Of a stretch of 64,000 bases of DNA, positions 1-10,822 are shown piece after piece. The notes beneath the pieces were generated by a model. The model worked only from the letters and a program-made list of their open reading frames with translations, did no database searches and had not been told where the DNA came from. The position numbers and the translations under genes are program-made. The DNA comes from Haplodiscus bocki (taxonomy: Eukaryota): positions 33,542,001 through 33,606,000 of the forward strand of contig OZ296648.1 of the NCBI GenBank assembly GCA_965655095.1, given 5' to 3'. Positions within the stretch are counted from its first letter, which is position 1, and each line of letters begins with the position of its first letter.

Positions 1-1019
1 CAATTAATTCATGAAACTTTCTTGTATTCATGTATCATGTACATTACACTGACTTTATCTTTTTGTTTTCACCTTTTCCCCCTTCGTCAAGCTAAGGCGA
101 GCGTCACTGAGATTTTAAGTAGTTGATTCAGATATTCTCAAATTTGTCATTTTAATTCGAATCCTATTTTCCGCTTTTTCAAAATGGTGACTATTCATTG
201 AGTCAAAACATTGTTGATCGATAAATCTTCGAAAAATTGCAAACTATTCAAGCGAAATGACCAGAAGACCATTTGAAAGTGAAGTTTCAGACTCTTTGGA
301 TGGCGTCCAATTTTCGACATGATTGGAATTTTTGCTAAATTCGCTTAATCCCATTTTTCTCATCATTCCAGGTTCTTAACGCTTAATGCCTAGCATCCTC
401 GATGCCTGTGTTTTGATATCGCTTTCATTGTAATATTCGGTTATTTGACTCCTTCAGAAGAAGTCTTCGAAAGCTTCCTTTTTTAGGATTTTCAAAACGC
501 GTGTTATGTTGCAAATGACCCAAAAGATCTCATTTTGCCGATGAATGCTTTCTTGAGTGGCAGTGTGGTTGTACCCGCTCATGGCTGGAACAAAAGCAAC
601 GTCGTTCAAATGCTCGAAGATATTCGAGTGAAAATGATAGAAGTTGACAAACAGCGAGAAAGACGCAAATACAGAGGTATGGGTTTGAACCGAGATCTCT
701 TGGTTTTTCTTTGTGTAATTTCAAAAAATATTTAACCAATAACCAAAGGCTTTATCAAACCTTTAATGCGGTACTGACATTCAGTAGAACGTATTAAGGC
801 CCTTTGAGATTGTGTATAGCAAAAACTTTCGCAATAGCACTGCCAAAAATCTCTTTTTTTGAATATCCCGAAAGTGGAAAAAGTAAGTACGGAAAATTTT
901 TCTGATGCCCCTCACCCCTTCAATTCGTCAAAAAAAATTAGACCTCCGGTCGTCATTTCCTCGAGATGAACCGGCTTTGCATCCATAAAAAATCCCAGGA
1001 AGACTAATATCAACACAAA

Positions 1020-1440
1020 AGCAAAACGAAACTTCGGAACACATTCTGAATTGTCAGTTGAGATCACATAAACACGAACCATTAAAGATCCTGTGAGACA
1101 TTTTCAAACCATGAACGAAGTTTTGATTGATGGGCACTTTTAGAAATACTACATCATCTGTCAAGTTTTCGAAAGAAAATTGAACTGAAATAATCACATG
1201 TAACATTGACTCTTACTCAAGCATTTGATCTGTCAGCCATGTCTTTCTAAGTTACGCCATTTTTCGTCCTATTTTACCTTGAACAACGTGGAAACCAAAA
1301 ATTACCCGCCTACCATGTCTCACGCGAGCTTTTGATATGTCAAACACGACCTTTAAGGACGCTGTTGTTCATTCATTCAGATCATTGTTAAAAACATAGG
1401 CGCTAAGGTGCTTACCGCAAAGATCGCGAAAGTACTCAAC
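1020..1440 (+). repeat. Dispersed repeat family A, copy 1
   Basis: Shares the core aacacattctga(a/c)ttgtcagttgagatc...gagacattt..aaacca with the copies at ~3830-4150 (-), ~33210-33560 (+) and ~38125-38540 (+). Confidence 0.8.
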
Positions 1441-1574
1441 CTCTTGATTATTCCATCGATGGCCACGTGCTTATGCAATGCTGGAGAGTATGTGGCAAAA
1501 TGTGGAGAGATTGGACAGAGAACAAATAGAAGAGATAACAGCGAAGGTTGAAAGTAATCATTCTAAATTTAAAC

Positions 1575-3060
1575 AAAACCTAGCTGAAAAAAAATTTGTC
1601 ATCTGAAAAGCACGCACTCTTCGGCAAATGCGGTCTGAGAGCAGCGGTGTCTCAAAAGTCGACACTTCGGACGTTGAGTAAAGACATACGAATCAGGAAA
1701 CAAAAAATCTTCGAAGAAAGTTGTGTTTTTCCGGTAAGTTTTCTCAGAAAAATCGTTCCAAAAACTTTTCGCGCAACCCGAAGGTCGCAAGCACCGTGAG
1801 AAGATATAGAATGTTATTAGGAGGCACGAACACGAAGCAGTTTCATCCAGGTGATGAGAGTCGTAGTAATTTAATCGCCAAAGGCAAAAAGAACCGAGAA
1901 AAATTGCTCTACATCTAAAGAGTACTTTGGCCAGAGGCTATTTTTCTACGACCGATCGTATACTCAAAAGCCGTCGACTGCTTCCTCAGGCATACCAGTG
2001 GGTGTCTTGAAGCCCAGCTTATTTTCATTGGTTCAAAAACCGGATAAGAAGTCTTTGAAAAAGTTCGGAGAAAACCTTTTTTTTTGACATATTTCGGGAA
2101 TTACTCCTTGAGAAAAGTTCGTTCAGAGTGGCAACTTGCATCAAAACCCACAATGAAACACATTGCTTAATCTGTTCCGCACTTCATGTGATATGCATCA
2201 CTCGGAGGCCCGCTGAATGCGCTGAAATTCATATAATGCAGAAATATGTTTGAAAACTCATTTTACCAGAGAATTTTCGGCCAAAACTTTGTGGCAAACC
2301 CGAAGGAAATCGGCTAAAAACTGAACGCAACTAATGCTTCATGTTCCATCGCCTAACTAGCAAAAAAGATGTCATATATGGGATTTCAGGGCAGAGAAGT
2401 GCGTTAAAGTGGCATTTGTCACCTGAAAAAAACCTGGGTTTTGAATAGTTTTCGCCAAAAACTCTCCGGCGGAAAACTTTTGTACACCGAAAGTTTCGGT
2501 CTCGGCCAACTACGACCTTAGTCATGCAACGAAGCAACAAGCAAACGGATCCTACAGTTGCGTTTGTAGCATATGGGCGTCAAAGTTAAAAAATGCAGTC
2601 GGCGATGGGGAAATGTCAAATCTTTTCCGAAAAAATTCAAAACTTTCCGCTCTTTGTCCGACGAAAACTGGTCCAGGAAAGTTTTTGGCAAAAAATATCA
2701 CAGCGCGCCGCTCAACTGAATGGTGTTCCATCGACTAGTCCAAAAGTATTAGCTTTCCAAGCTTACTGTAAAGACAGGACTCACAAAAATAGCCTTTCCA
2801 CTCTAAAAATTCCGGAAAATGATTTTTTTCGCTAATAACTCGCCGAATAAGAGTTTTTGGAGGCCGAAAATTTGGAGCATGCTAGATCGTGAACCCGTCG
2901 TAGTGTTGATACAAAAACTGGATAAATCCGACAAGTTGGTGCCGAAAAAATTACATTTGAAGAGATGAAACGCAGAGGGATTTTACAGATGGGGAAAAAA
3001 TAAAACGGAATCAATTTGACGTGTCCTTGTGCGAATAGGCTTCGCTGCGCTCGACTAAAA
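1575..3060. mobile_element. Possible non-autonomous Helitron/Helentron-like internally repetitive element
   Basis: Internal sub-repeats caaaa(a)cttt...acccgaagg at ~1758 and ~2281. One end is ...gcttcgctgcgctcgactaaaa, the other has CTAG. No coding remnant recognised. Confidence 0.25.
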
Positions 3061-3829
3061 CTTATTACTGTTTCGAACTCGAAAGTAAACAGGTACCTGC
3101 CAATTGTCTTTTAAGAAACCGTTTTGACAGTTAGCACTAGACTCTCTGATGACGTCAATAACTGCAAAAGTTGAAATTATTCAAAAGTTCATAGAAGGAG
3201 GTGGTTCCAGTTTATGTTCTTACTGTCAGCCCTTATGTGTAGAAAAATAAATGTTTTTGTTGCCGGTGGAGTCTAGTTTTTCCCAAATGTATCAGAGGAA
3301 ACCTGACGATTTTCTGCTTTTGCGTTTTTCTCAAAGGAAAGGGAGGTTAATGGAAAAACAGCAAAGGACTTGATTATTTTACGTCGTGATCAAATTACGA
3401 AAGCAAAAGCTTCAATACACTCAGTGGATTTTTCTCCCTGGTTTTACCTATTCCGCGTAAACCCTAGCGTGAAGTCCGGCTGACTGAAGTGTTTTCCGAC
3501 TGACTCCGAAACTGCGAAACCACTTAGACTTAAGACTGAAGGATAACGACGATGGGTATTACTGACTGGAGATTGACACTGGCAGCTTCGATTCACGCTA
3601 CAGGCAGCTTTTTCACACATTCTGACTGAAAAGAAGAATATATATTCGGAAGCGGCTAACGTTTCAGTCTTTTTTAACTTGTCCAAAATTTGCATTCTTC
3701 GACATCATCAGAGAGACTGTTCATTGGTGTAAATGTTCAAAAATGGCATTTTCTCTGCAGATTTCTCTGCATTTTCACGTTGTTTACTGTGTAGACTTCC
3801 TAATGTAGGGCCGCAAATTAGCTCAAACT

Positions 3830-4150
3830 GAAAAGACATGATTGACATCAGTATTGTGAGTGAGAAAGTGTGACAGGTATTTGTTCATTTTCGCGTTCTT
3901 TTTAGATCAAAGTTCTTAAAGATTGGACGTTACCTGAATTGATCGCTTAGCCTGAAAAAGCATGGTTGACATATCAAATTTTGGAGTGAGACACTAAAAC
4001 CGTTTATGAATTTTTTCAGCAATCTCTTAGTTCACCGCTGTGGCAGCATCTATAAAAGTCTCACTCTTATCTCGGATCATGGTTTCAGATGTCTTTCGGA
4101 ATCCGTGATCTCAACTCACAAGTCAGAATGTGTTGCCATGTTCCATTTCG
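3830..4150 (-). repeat. Dispersed repeat family A, copy 2 (inverted)
   Basis: Reverse complement reads gcaacacattctgacttgtgagttgagatcacggattccgaaagacatctgaaaccatgatccgag. Confidence 0.75.
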
Positions 4151-7100
4151 CCCCTTTGTGTAATTTTTTTGAAAGAAAAACAAATAATCTCACACCATTC
4201 CTTTTCCCAGGTTTTTCCCTTTGTTTCAAACGTTTTACCGGTTTATTTTCAACTGAAATTTGTGACTAGCATCTCAAATAAGCCTAGAAAGTTTTTAGCG
4301 TTTTTTAAAGGAGAGATTGATATCATTTTCAAAAATCTTTTTCCCCAAATTAACCTTGATGGTATTTTTTCCAGGCCGCACACGGCTGCTTTCGGACATT
4401 TCTCCCTCCCTCTTGCTAGTTTACGTACCTTATGTTGGACATATACAATGCCGACGAAAAATTCTTGTCAGAGTTGGGTAATCTGAAGCGATAGAAAAAC
4501 ACATTCACCGAAATTGTTGTGTTAAAAAAACTACGAAAAAGTTTCTTTGTCGATTTTTGCCTACCCAAGAAAAGTTTTGTGCCTTTGTTTTCTCAAAATA
4601 GAACTAACGGACATTTTTCACAGAAGTTAAACTGTTCCTACTAGAAACACTTTTCTGGAGTTTCTAATTGTAGATTGTTGTAATATAACGATTGTGGCCC
4701 AACCTTGCGTTTTTTGCCTGAAGTTTGACTACTGAAAGTACTTTTTGCTAATAAATTTATCAAATTTGTACAAATTGACGCTTTTGAAGAAAAAATGTAC
4801 TTTTTAAAGCGAAAATGCTCCTTTCGCTGTTTTAAATGTACAAAATCCAGGTTTTTTTCTTTTGGGTTCTATTTGAGCGCTTTCTCGAAATCTAGGTGAT
4901 CAAGATTTTTGCATCTTCTGTGCTCTTAGCCCACTTCTCAACGGCGCAACCATCATCAGTCATTGCAAAACTTTGATTTTCTTGGACCTTTTCAAAGTTT
5001 TGCCGAAAAAAGCGTTTAAATTGATTCACAGTGGATCAAAATTAGATTACCTGGTTTTTCTGGAGTTTTGATCACTTTTTTCATCCATATCAGTTTTCTA
5101 TCTTTTTATGCAATTTAATACTCTGAAGAAGCACAAACTGAGCCTAATACAATAGATTTTTTCGATGGTTTTTTTCTTGACGTTTCTCTGTGAATCAAAT
5201 TGAGTTCCTGATCTAAAGTCTGTAAAGCATGGCTACTTTCACAATTTTTTTCCAGTTCTTCCTTCTAAGGCTCTAAAACATGTTTTAGCCATACTTGTAC
5301 CAACAATGGATACGAGCGACTATATTCAGGACTTTGTTAAGCATGTTCTCTCCAGGGAGTCATTTTTACTGTTTTGGAATCAAAGAAAAGGTTATTTTTC
5401 TGAAGTTTTCCGAAAACCGTTAATCTTTTGTCTTTGAAATCAACATTGTGCCTACGCAGCCACCTCAATTTTATAGAAGATGATAAGTATTGGAGAGTTT
5501 CTCAAAGAAGTTGTCTGTAAATGGCACTTTCTGTTCTATAGTCAGCCAAAAAGAGCTAAACATGGAGTTTCATCGATGTTTCGCGTTTTTGCCGTGCTAA
5601 TGAGCTTCTAACTGCAATTCTTTCAAGTGGGATAAAAACGCGAAGCTTTGTGCTTTGAACAGGTTTTTGAAGCTTCATTCGAGTCAACAGAGAGGCGTGT
5701 GTTTTTCAATTTTTTTCTGTCGAAAAATTTTGTTATGTGGATGTTCCGTCAGAAATGAAAGTTTTTCCATAAAGAATTTAGTTTCTTGGAATTGGAAGAA
5801 AGGAGACCGGCGAACCGAATACCAGAGAAGAAACGGCAATCTCTGGAGAATGTTACTTATGCGATGTTCAATTTTTTTAGTAATTCATGGTCAAAAAATG
5901 TCCTTGGTGGTTAAAATGCTGATTTAGTCTTAATGATCGGAAACCTCAGAAATCGGAATACCTGATAAAAGAGAAAAGCCCCTCGAGTGGTACATAGACT
6001 GCTATCGAAAGGCTCTGAATTGTCGCTAATTAGGTTGGTTGAAACTTCACTTTTTCTCTGGTTAGAATTGTTGTTTTAATGTTGGGCACAAATCAAAATG
6101 TCCCATACTTTAGTCGAAAGCTTTGAATTAACCATAGAGGTGGAAGGAAAGCATTGAAGAGCAACTGGCAAGTATTGAAAATTACGATTTTCTTGAATAT
6201 TCGACATTTCTCTGTCAAAAGGTATTTTTTAGACTCAGACATTAGTTTCAATGCTTTTGCTTGCACGTCCGAGCCCGGCCAATACAGATCCCTACCACCA
6301 ACCCCCTATAAATACAGATTCCTACTTGCAAATAGTTTTTCACCAAGTTGGCCAAAATGTTCAAGTAGTGATGGCTTTTTCAATGGTTATTCAAACACAC
6401 TTTTCTCCAAAACTACCATTTTCATGCCCTTCATGTCTTCCATCACCGCATCAAATGAAAGGTTTCAACTTGGAAAATGTTTTTCAATGCTAAAGTTTTC
6501 ATTTCTGTTCTTGCATAGAAACTTCATGAGCCAAACATGCAAAAAGTACATGCCGTAATGATGATCCTCGAAATTAAAACACGTTTTTCCCCACTTCTAC
6601 CGATTGGAAATCTCCCATCAAGGGGTCAAGAAAAAGACTTCTTTTTACAAATGTTTTTTTTCGATACTAGCATTGTCAGTTTTGTTCCTCGCCGGGAGAA
6701 TTTAATGGGCCCAGTGTTGAAAAATTGAAGGGAGTATTGATTTTTCTCTAAATTCAAATACAATTCCTTCATAACTACTGTTTGGATTTCTTTCATCAAA
6801 GTCTCAAGGGGCGGATTCTCACTGGCAGAAGTTCACTAGCACTAGTTTTTCATTATCGATTTCTTCGGGGTTCTCTTCCTTGTATGGCGAACCTGATTGG
6901 CCCAATATGCCTAAAGCGCAATTTAGAATTGTTGGGAGATGACTTGAAACTCAATTGGGACGAGTGTGAAACTAGGCTGATATCCACAAACATTGATAAC
7001 CACTAGAGGACAAGCGCTTATGTCAAGTAGAGGGCTAGAGGGCGGTGGATTTCTATTGCACAATTCTTGCCTAACTTCCGATATACGACTATTTTTCGAC

Positions 7101-7221
7101 GGGGTCTGTTATCGCTGTTTTGGTTTCACACAGCCTAATTGTTGTGATAAACTTATCAAATAGTTTCAGAGCTTGGCCCGGTGGGGTACCGAGTGAACAA
7201 CCCCGGTGATAATCTGCAGCC

Positions 7222-8136
7222 ATGACTGACTGGAAATCGGGCCAGTTGGTTAGCGCCATCGATCTTCAAGACAACCGCTACTATCCAGCAAAGATATTAG
7301 AGACTTTTCCATCTGACAACGAGGCACTGGTGCACTATCAAGGATGGCCTGATCGCTTCGATACCAAGGTACCGTTCTCCAAAATCAAGGTACTTGGAAA
7401 TATACCAACTATCGATGAGCTTCTCGCTCTCAGCGAGGAACGAGTTGAAGAACAATTGCAAGTACTAACTAAGAATCCCAAAGCGCTTAAAGCTCTTCTC
7501 ACGGAATCACTTTCTCAACAAAAGAAGATGCTACAGGCCGAAGTCGTATCGAATGACGGGCTACCCCAGCAACTTGAGACTTCTCTCAAAGAAATTAAAT
7601 CTTCAATATTGGAAATTTCGACTAGTTTACAGCAACAACCACGAATTGCCCATTCACATACTCCGCCTCAAATGGATCTACGAAGCAACAATGAGGATTA
7701 CCCACGCCAAATTCGCATTGATGGTGTAAAGGAATCAACAAACAGAAGATCTGAAGAAATCATGTCGGCCGAAGAGAACTCCGTTAAGGAAATTTTCGAA
7801 TTTTTGGGAACTTCAACGACCTTCACCAACATCAAACGACTTGGTCAAATGAAGAATGAAAAAGGTACAGACCGTCCTCGTACGATCTTAGTGACATGCC
7901 AGAATGAGTGGGAGATGAGAAAGGTTATGTCTAAAGCCTACCTACTGAAAGACTTTAAGGACCGTGTGTTTCTTTCGCGAGGCCTTTCACCTTCCCAAAT
8001 AAAAATTGAGAACACACTGCTACGTCATCGGCGGGAATTGATAAACAGCGGTACTGACTCACGACGCATAAAGATTAGAAGCTTGAGATTGTATGTTGAC
8101 GGCAAAGATGTTACATCGGAAGTGGATCTATCGTGA
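7222..8136 (+). CDS. LINE ORF1p: N-terminal Tudor/chromo-barrel-like domain, coiled coil, L1-ORF1-like RRM and C-terminal domain
   Basis: Intact 304 aa, ATG in GCAGCCATGA context. C-terminal half has RQIRIDGVKES, IKRLG...RPRTILV and VFLSRGLS...IKIRSLRLYVDGK, typical of CR1/L2-group ORF1. N-terminus is WKSGQLVSAID...RYYPAKI...LVHYQGWPDRFD. Confidence 0.88.
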   Translation: MTDWKSGQLVSAIDLQDNRYYPAKILETFPSDNEALVHYQGWPDRFDTKVPFSKIKVLGNIPTIDELLALSEERVEEQLQVLTKNPKALKALLTESLSQQKKMLQAEVVSNDGLPQQLETSLKEIKSSILEISTSLQQQPRIAHSHTPPQMDLRSNNEDYPRQIRIDGVKESTNRRSEEIMSAEENSVKEIFEFLGTSTTFTNIKRLGQMKNEKGTDRPRTILVTCQNEWEMRKVMSKAYLLKDFKDRVFLSRGLSPSQIKIENTLLRHRRELINSGTDSRRIKIRSLRLYVDGKDVTSEVDLS

Positions 8137-10752
8137 CTATCTCAGCCCACATCGACATCGACTCCAACAGTTGCACCAACTTATATCTCTGTTCCTAAAT
8201 TACTGCTCACCAATGCTAGATCGTTGAAAAAAGACATTGCATTGTCGCTTTTAGCTGCTGAATTATCATCGTTGGACATAGATATTTGCTTTGTTACTGA
8301 AACCTGGTTTACTAGTGAGATTTCAGATGGCTTCTCTTGTATTCCAGGTTTCGACTGTTACCGCTCAGACCGCACTGCATTAAATTCTCAAAAATCTTCT
8401 GGTGGAGGCGTTTGTATATACACTCACAAAAACGTCAGATGTATTCAGAAATATCCGGAACAATCGGAAGTCTTCGAAATTCTATGGCTTCAGGTATACG
8501 CCAAACGTCCCTTATTGCTATGTTGTGTTTATGTACCGCCTGACATGTTAACTACTAAACAAGCCGACTTACTTGAACACATCACAGCTACGTGCGATAC
8601 ATTTCTTGATAATACGGATCATGGAATTGTGGTGGTTGCTGGCGATTTCAACACATTCCCAGTATCTAAGTTACTCGGAAGTACGTCGCTATGTTCCCTT
8701 AACACCAGAAATACTAGAGAACGGAATGTATTGGATTACGTGTTTACGTCTCATCCATATTATTATGACGACATACTCCTCACAAAGATGACATTCAAAA
8801 CTGATCACTTCGGAATTGTATGTTCGCCCCGTGAAAGATTACCCAGTACAAGGCAGGTGAAACTATTGCGGGACTGTAGAGCGAGAAATATGCAATTGCT
8901 GCACAGCATGCTGTGTACTACTGACTTGCAAAGCGTCACGCAATTAGCAAACAGTGATATCAATGCGGCTACAGAACAACTTACAGAAATTCTCCAAAGT
9001 GCACTTAATACTGCCTGCCCTGAGAAGCAAGTAACAATCAAATCTCGCGACCCTCCTTACATGACACCACTTATAAAGACACTCTTGAAGCGGAAGCAAC
9101 GTCTTGTTCGGCATCAGCGATGGCATGAAGTTGAGTTACTCAGCAAACGAATCGGCAACTTAATTATAGACAACACAAAGCATAATGAACAGAAAATTGG
9201 CACAAAGTTATGGCGGAATAAAACCAAGAATTACATTGGTAAACAGAGGCCAACAACTATTCCTTCCGAGTTTGATGTTAACTCAATAAACCAAATGTTC
9301 GCAGATATTTGCACCACTTCTAATTACAAACTACCAGAAACTCCTGCACTGAAATTGAAAGATACACCGAGCTTATCATTACACCAAGTTTACTATGGAT
9401 TGTCGTCAGTCAGTCGTACCGCTTGTGGTAGTGACAACATACCTTGGTATGTATTCCGAGAATTTGCTCATATACTCACTCCTGTTGTCCATGTTATCTT
9501 TAATGAAAGTTTGAGGCAAGGAATTTTTCCTGCGATTTGGAAGCGTGCTACTGTTACACCTCTTCCAAAGACGACACCTCCGCGGATAGATAGCTTACGT
9601 CCAGTGTCAATAACTCCTGTTGTAGCCCGAATCTTTGAAAGACTTGTCGATAGATTCTTTATATCCGATTTATATCATCGGAAGCTAGACAGCAGTCAGT
9701 TTGGGTTTCGTCAACACGGTTCAACATCTACAATGGTTGTTAAGTTGCAGAATATTATCCAACGCTACAAAGAAAACAATTATGATTACGTCAGAATTAT
9801 TTCATTAGATTTATCTAAAGCCTTTGACAGAGTTAGCCATCAATTAATTGTGAGTTCCCTTAACAACATTGGAGCGGATCCGAACATTGTTTGCTGGATT
9901 GCAAGCTTCTTGCGCGACCGACAACAGAAAGTTGTTAGCAACGGCAAACCTTCGCAGTGGCTTAGTATTAATCAAGGCGTTCCTCAAGGGACTGTTGGGG
10001 GCCCCAAATATTTCAATATATCTACTCTATCATTTACGCTTCCTTCGGAGCTTACTCTACGAAACAGCTTAGTTAAATTTGCAGATGATAACTATCCTTG
10101 CTGTGCTGGCAAAAATGGTGACGACGATGCTGAAAAAGTGCTAGACTTTGTGGAAAACTGGTGCTACAACAACGGATTCGTCCTCAACTGTTCGAAATCG
10201 AAAGAATTAGTGATCAAACTTTCAAGAAACACTATTTTGCCTTCAGCGTTTTCTGATGTTACCAGAGTTACCGAAATGAACATCGTTGGTATAATGGTGT
10301 AGAACACAATGTCCCTGAGCAACCATATTAATTACTTGATATCCAAAGCCAAACGTAATGTATTTCTTCTTCTGAAGCTAAAGCGCCTTGGTTACAATAA
10401 GCTTGAGTTATCTAGACTGTACAATGCATTCATTCTATCCACACTGACATATGGGATTGAAGCATACGCATCAGTATCTAACACAGACTTGAATCGCATT
10501 GACTCTTTGCAAAGGAGATGTGTTCACCTTGGAATTATCGACGAATTCAAGGATATCCATTCAGTTTCCATTGACAGAGATCAGCGTCTGCTCAACAAGT
10601 GCCTCAAGTACCCCCAGCACCCACTTCACAGCCTCATTCCATCAAGAACTGATTATGCAAGTACCCACCTGAGAGATCGTCATCCACCGTCAATTGCAGG
10701 TCGTACTCACCGCATCTTCCCCAACAGATGCTTGGGGGTGTACTTTTTGTAA
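8137..10752 (+). pseudogene. LINE ORF2 (APE endonuclease + reverse transcriptase) with one in-frame premature TAG at 10300-10302
   Basis: Endonuclease motifs LLLTNARSL, TETW, GDFN, LDY, TDH. RT motifs LRPVSIT, QFGFR, LDLSKAFD, GVPQG, FADD. The frame is open from 8137 and continues in the same frame after the TAG (VGIMV*NTMSLSNHI) to TAA at 10752. Confidence 0.92.
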
Positions 10753-10794
10753 ATGTGTAGTGTGTCTTTGTATTTTGGATATTTTTTCCAGAAT

Positions 10795-10822
10795 AATAAA
10801 ATGTTTATTTATTTATTTATTT
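10795..10822 (+). repeat. LINE 3' end: AATAAA plus (TTTA)n microsatellite tail
   Basis: aataaa atg tttatttatttatttattt, about 40 nt after the ORF2 stop. Confidence 0.85.

Larger units (their letters stand above)
7055..10822 (+). mobile_element. Near full-length non-LTR retrotransposon (LINE, CR1/L2/Crack/Daphne group)
   Basis: ORF1 followed by an APE endonuclease/RT ORF2, a short 3'UTR, AATAAA at 10795-10800 and a (TTTA)n tail at 10804-10822. Candidate TSD ATTTCT at 7049-7054 and 10819-10824. The 5' boundary is tentative. Confidence 0.93.

Noticed and set aside
330-370. LNSLNPIF resembling GPCR TM7
   Set aside because: Wrong spacing relative to NSxxNPxxY and no continuous frame.
3140-3185. 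Hammerhead ribozyme at CTGATGA motifs (also ~20905, ~42570, ~47102)
   Set aside because: No correctly placed stem II plus GAAA, and no flanking stems.
7175-7210. HDV-like ribozyme in the LINE 5'UTR
   Set aside because: Only a short GC hairpin (ggggt/acccc) is evident; I could not build the nested double pseudoknot.
8224-8226. ORF-track TTG start for ORF2
   Set aside because: It lies downstream of the conserved NARS endonuclease motif; the frame is open from 8137.
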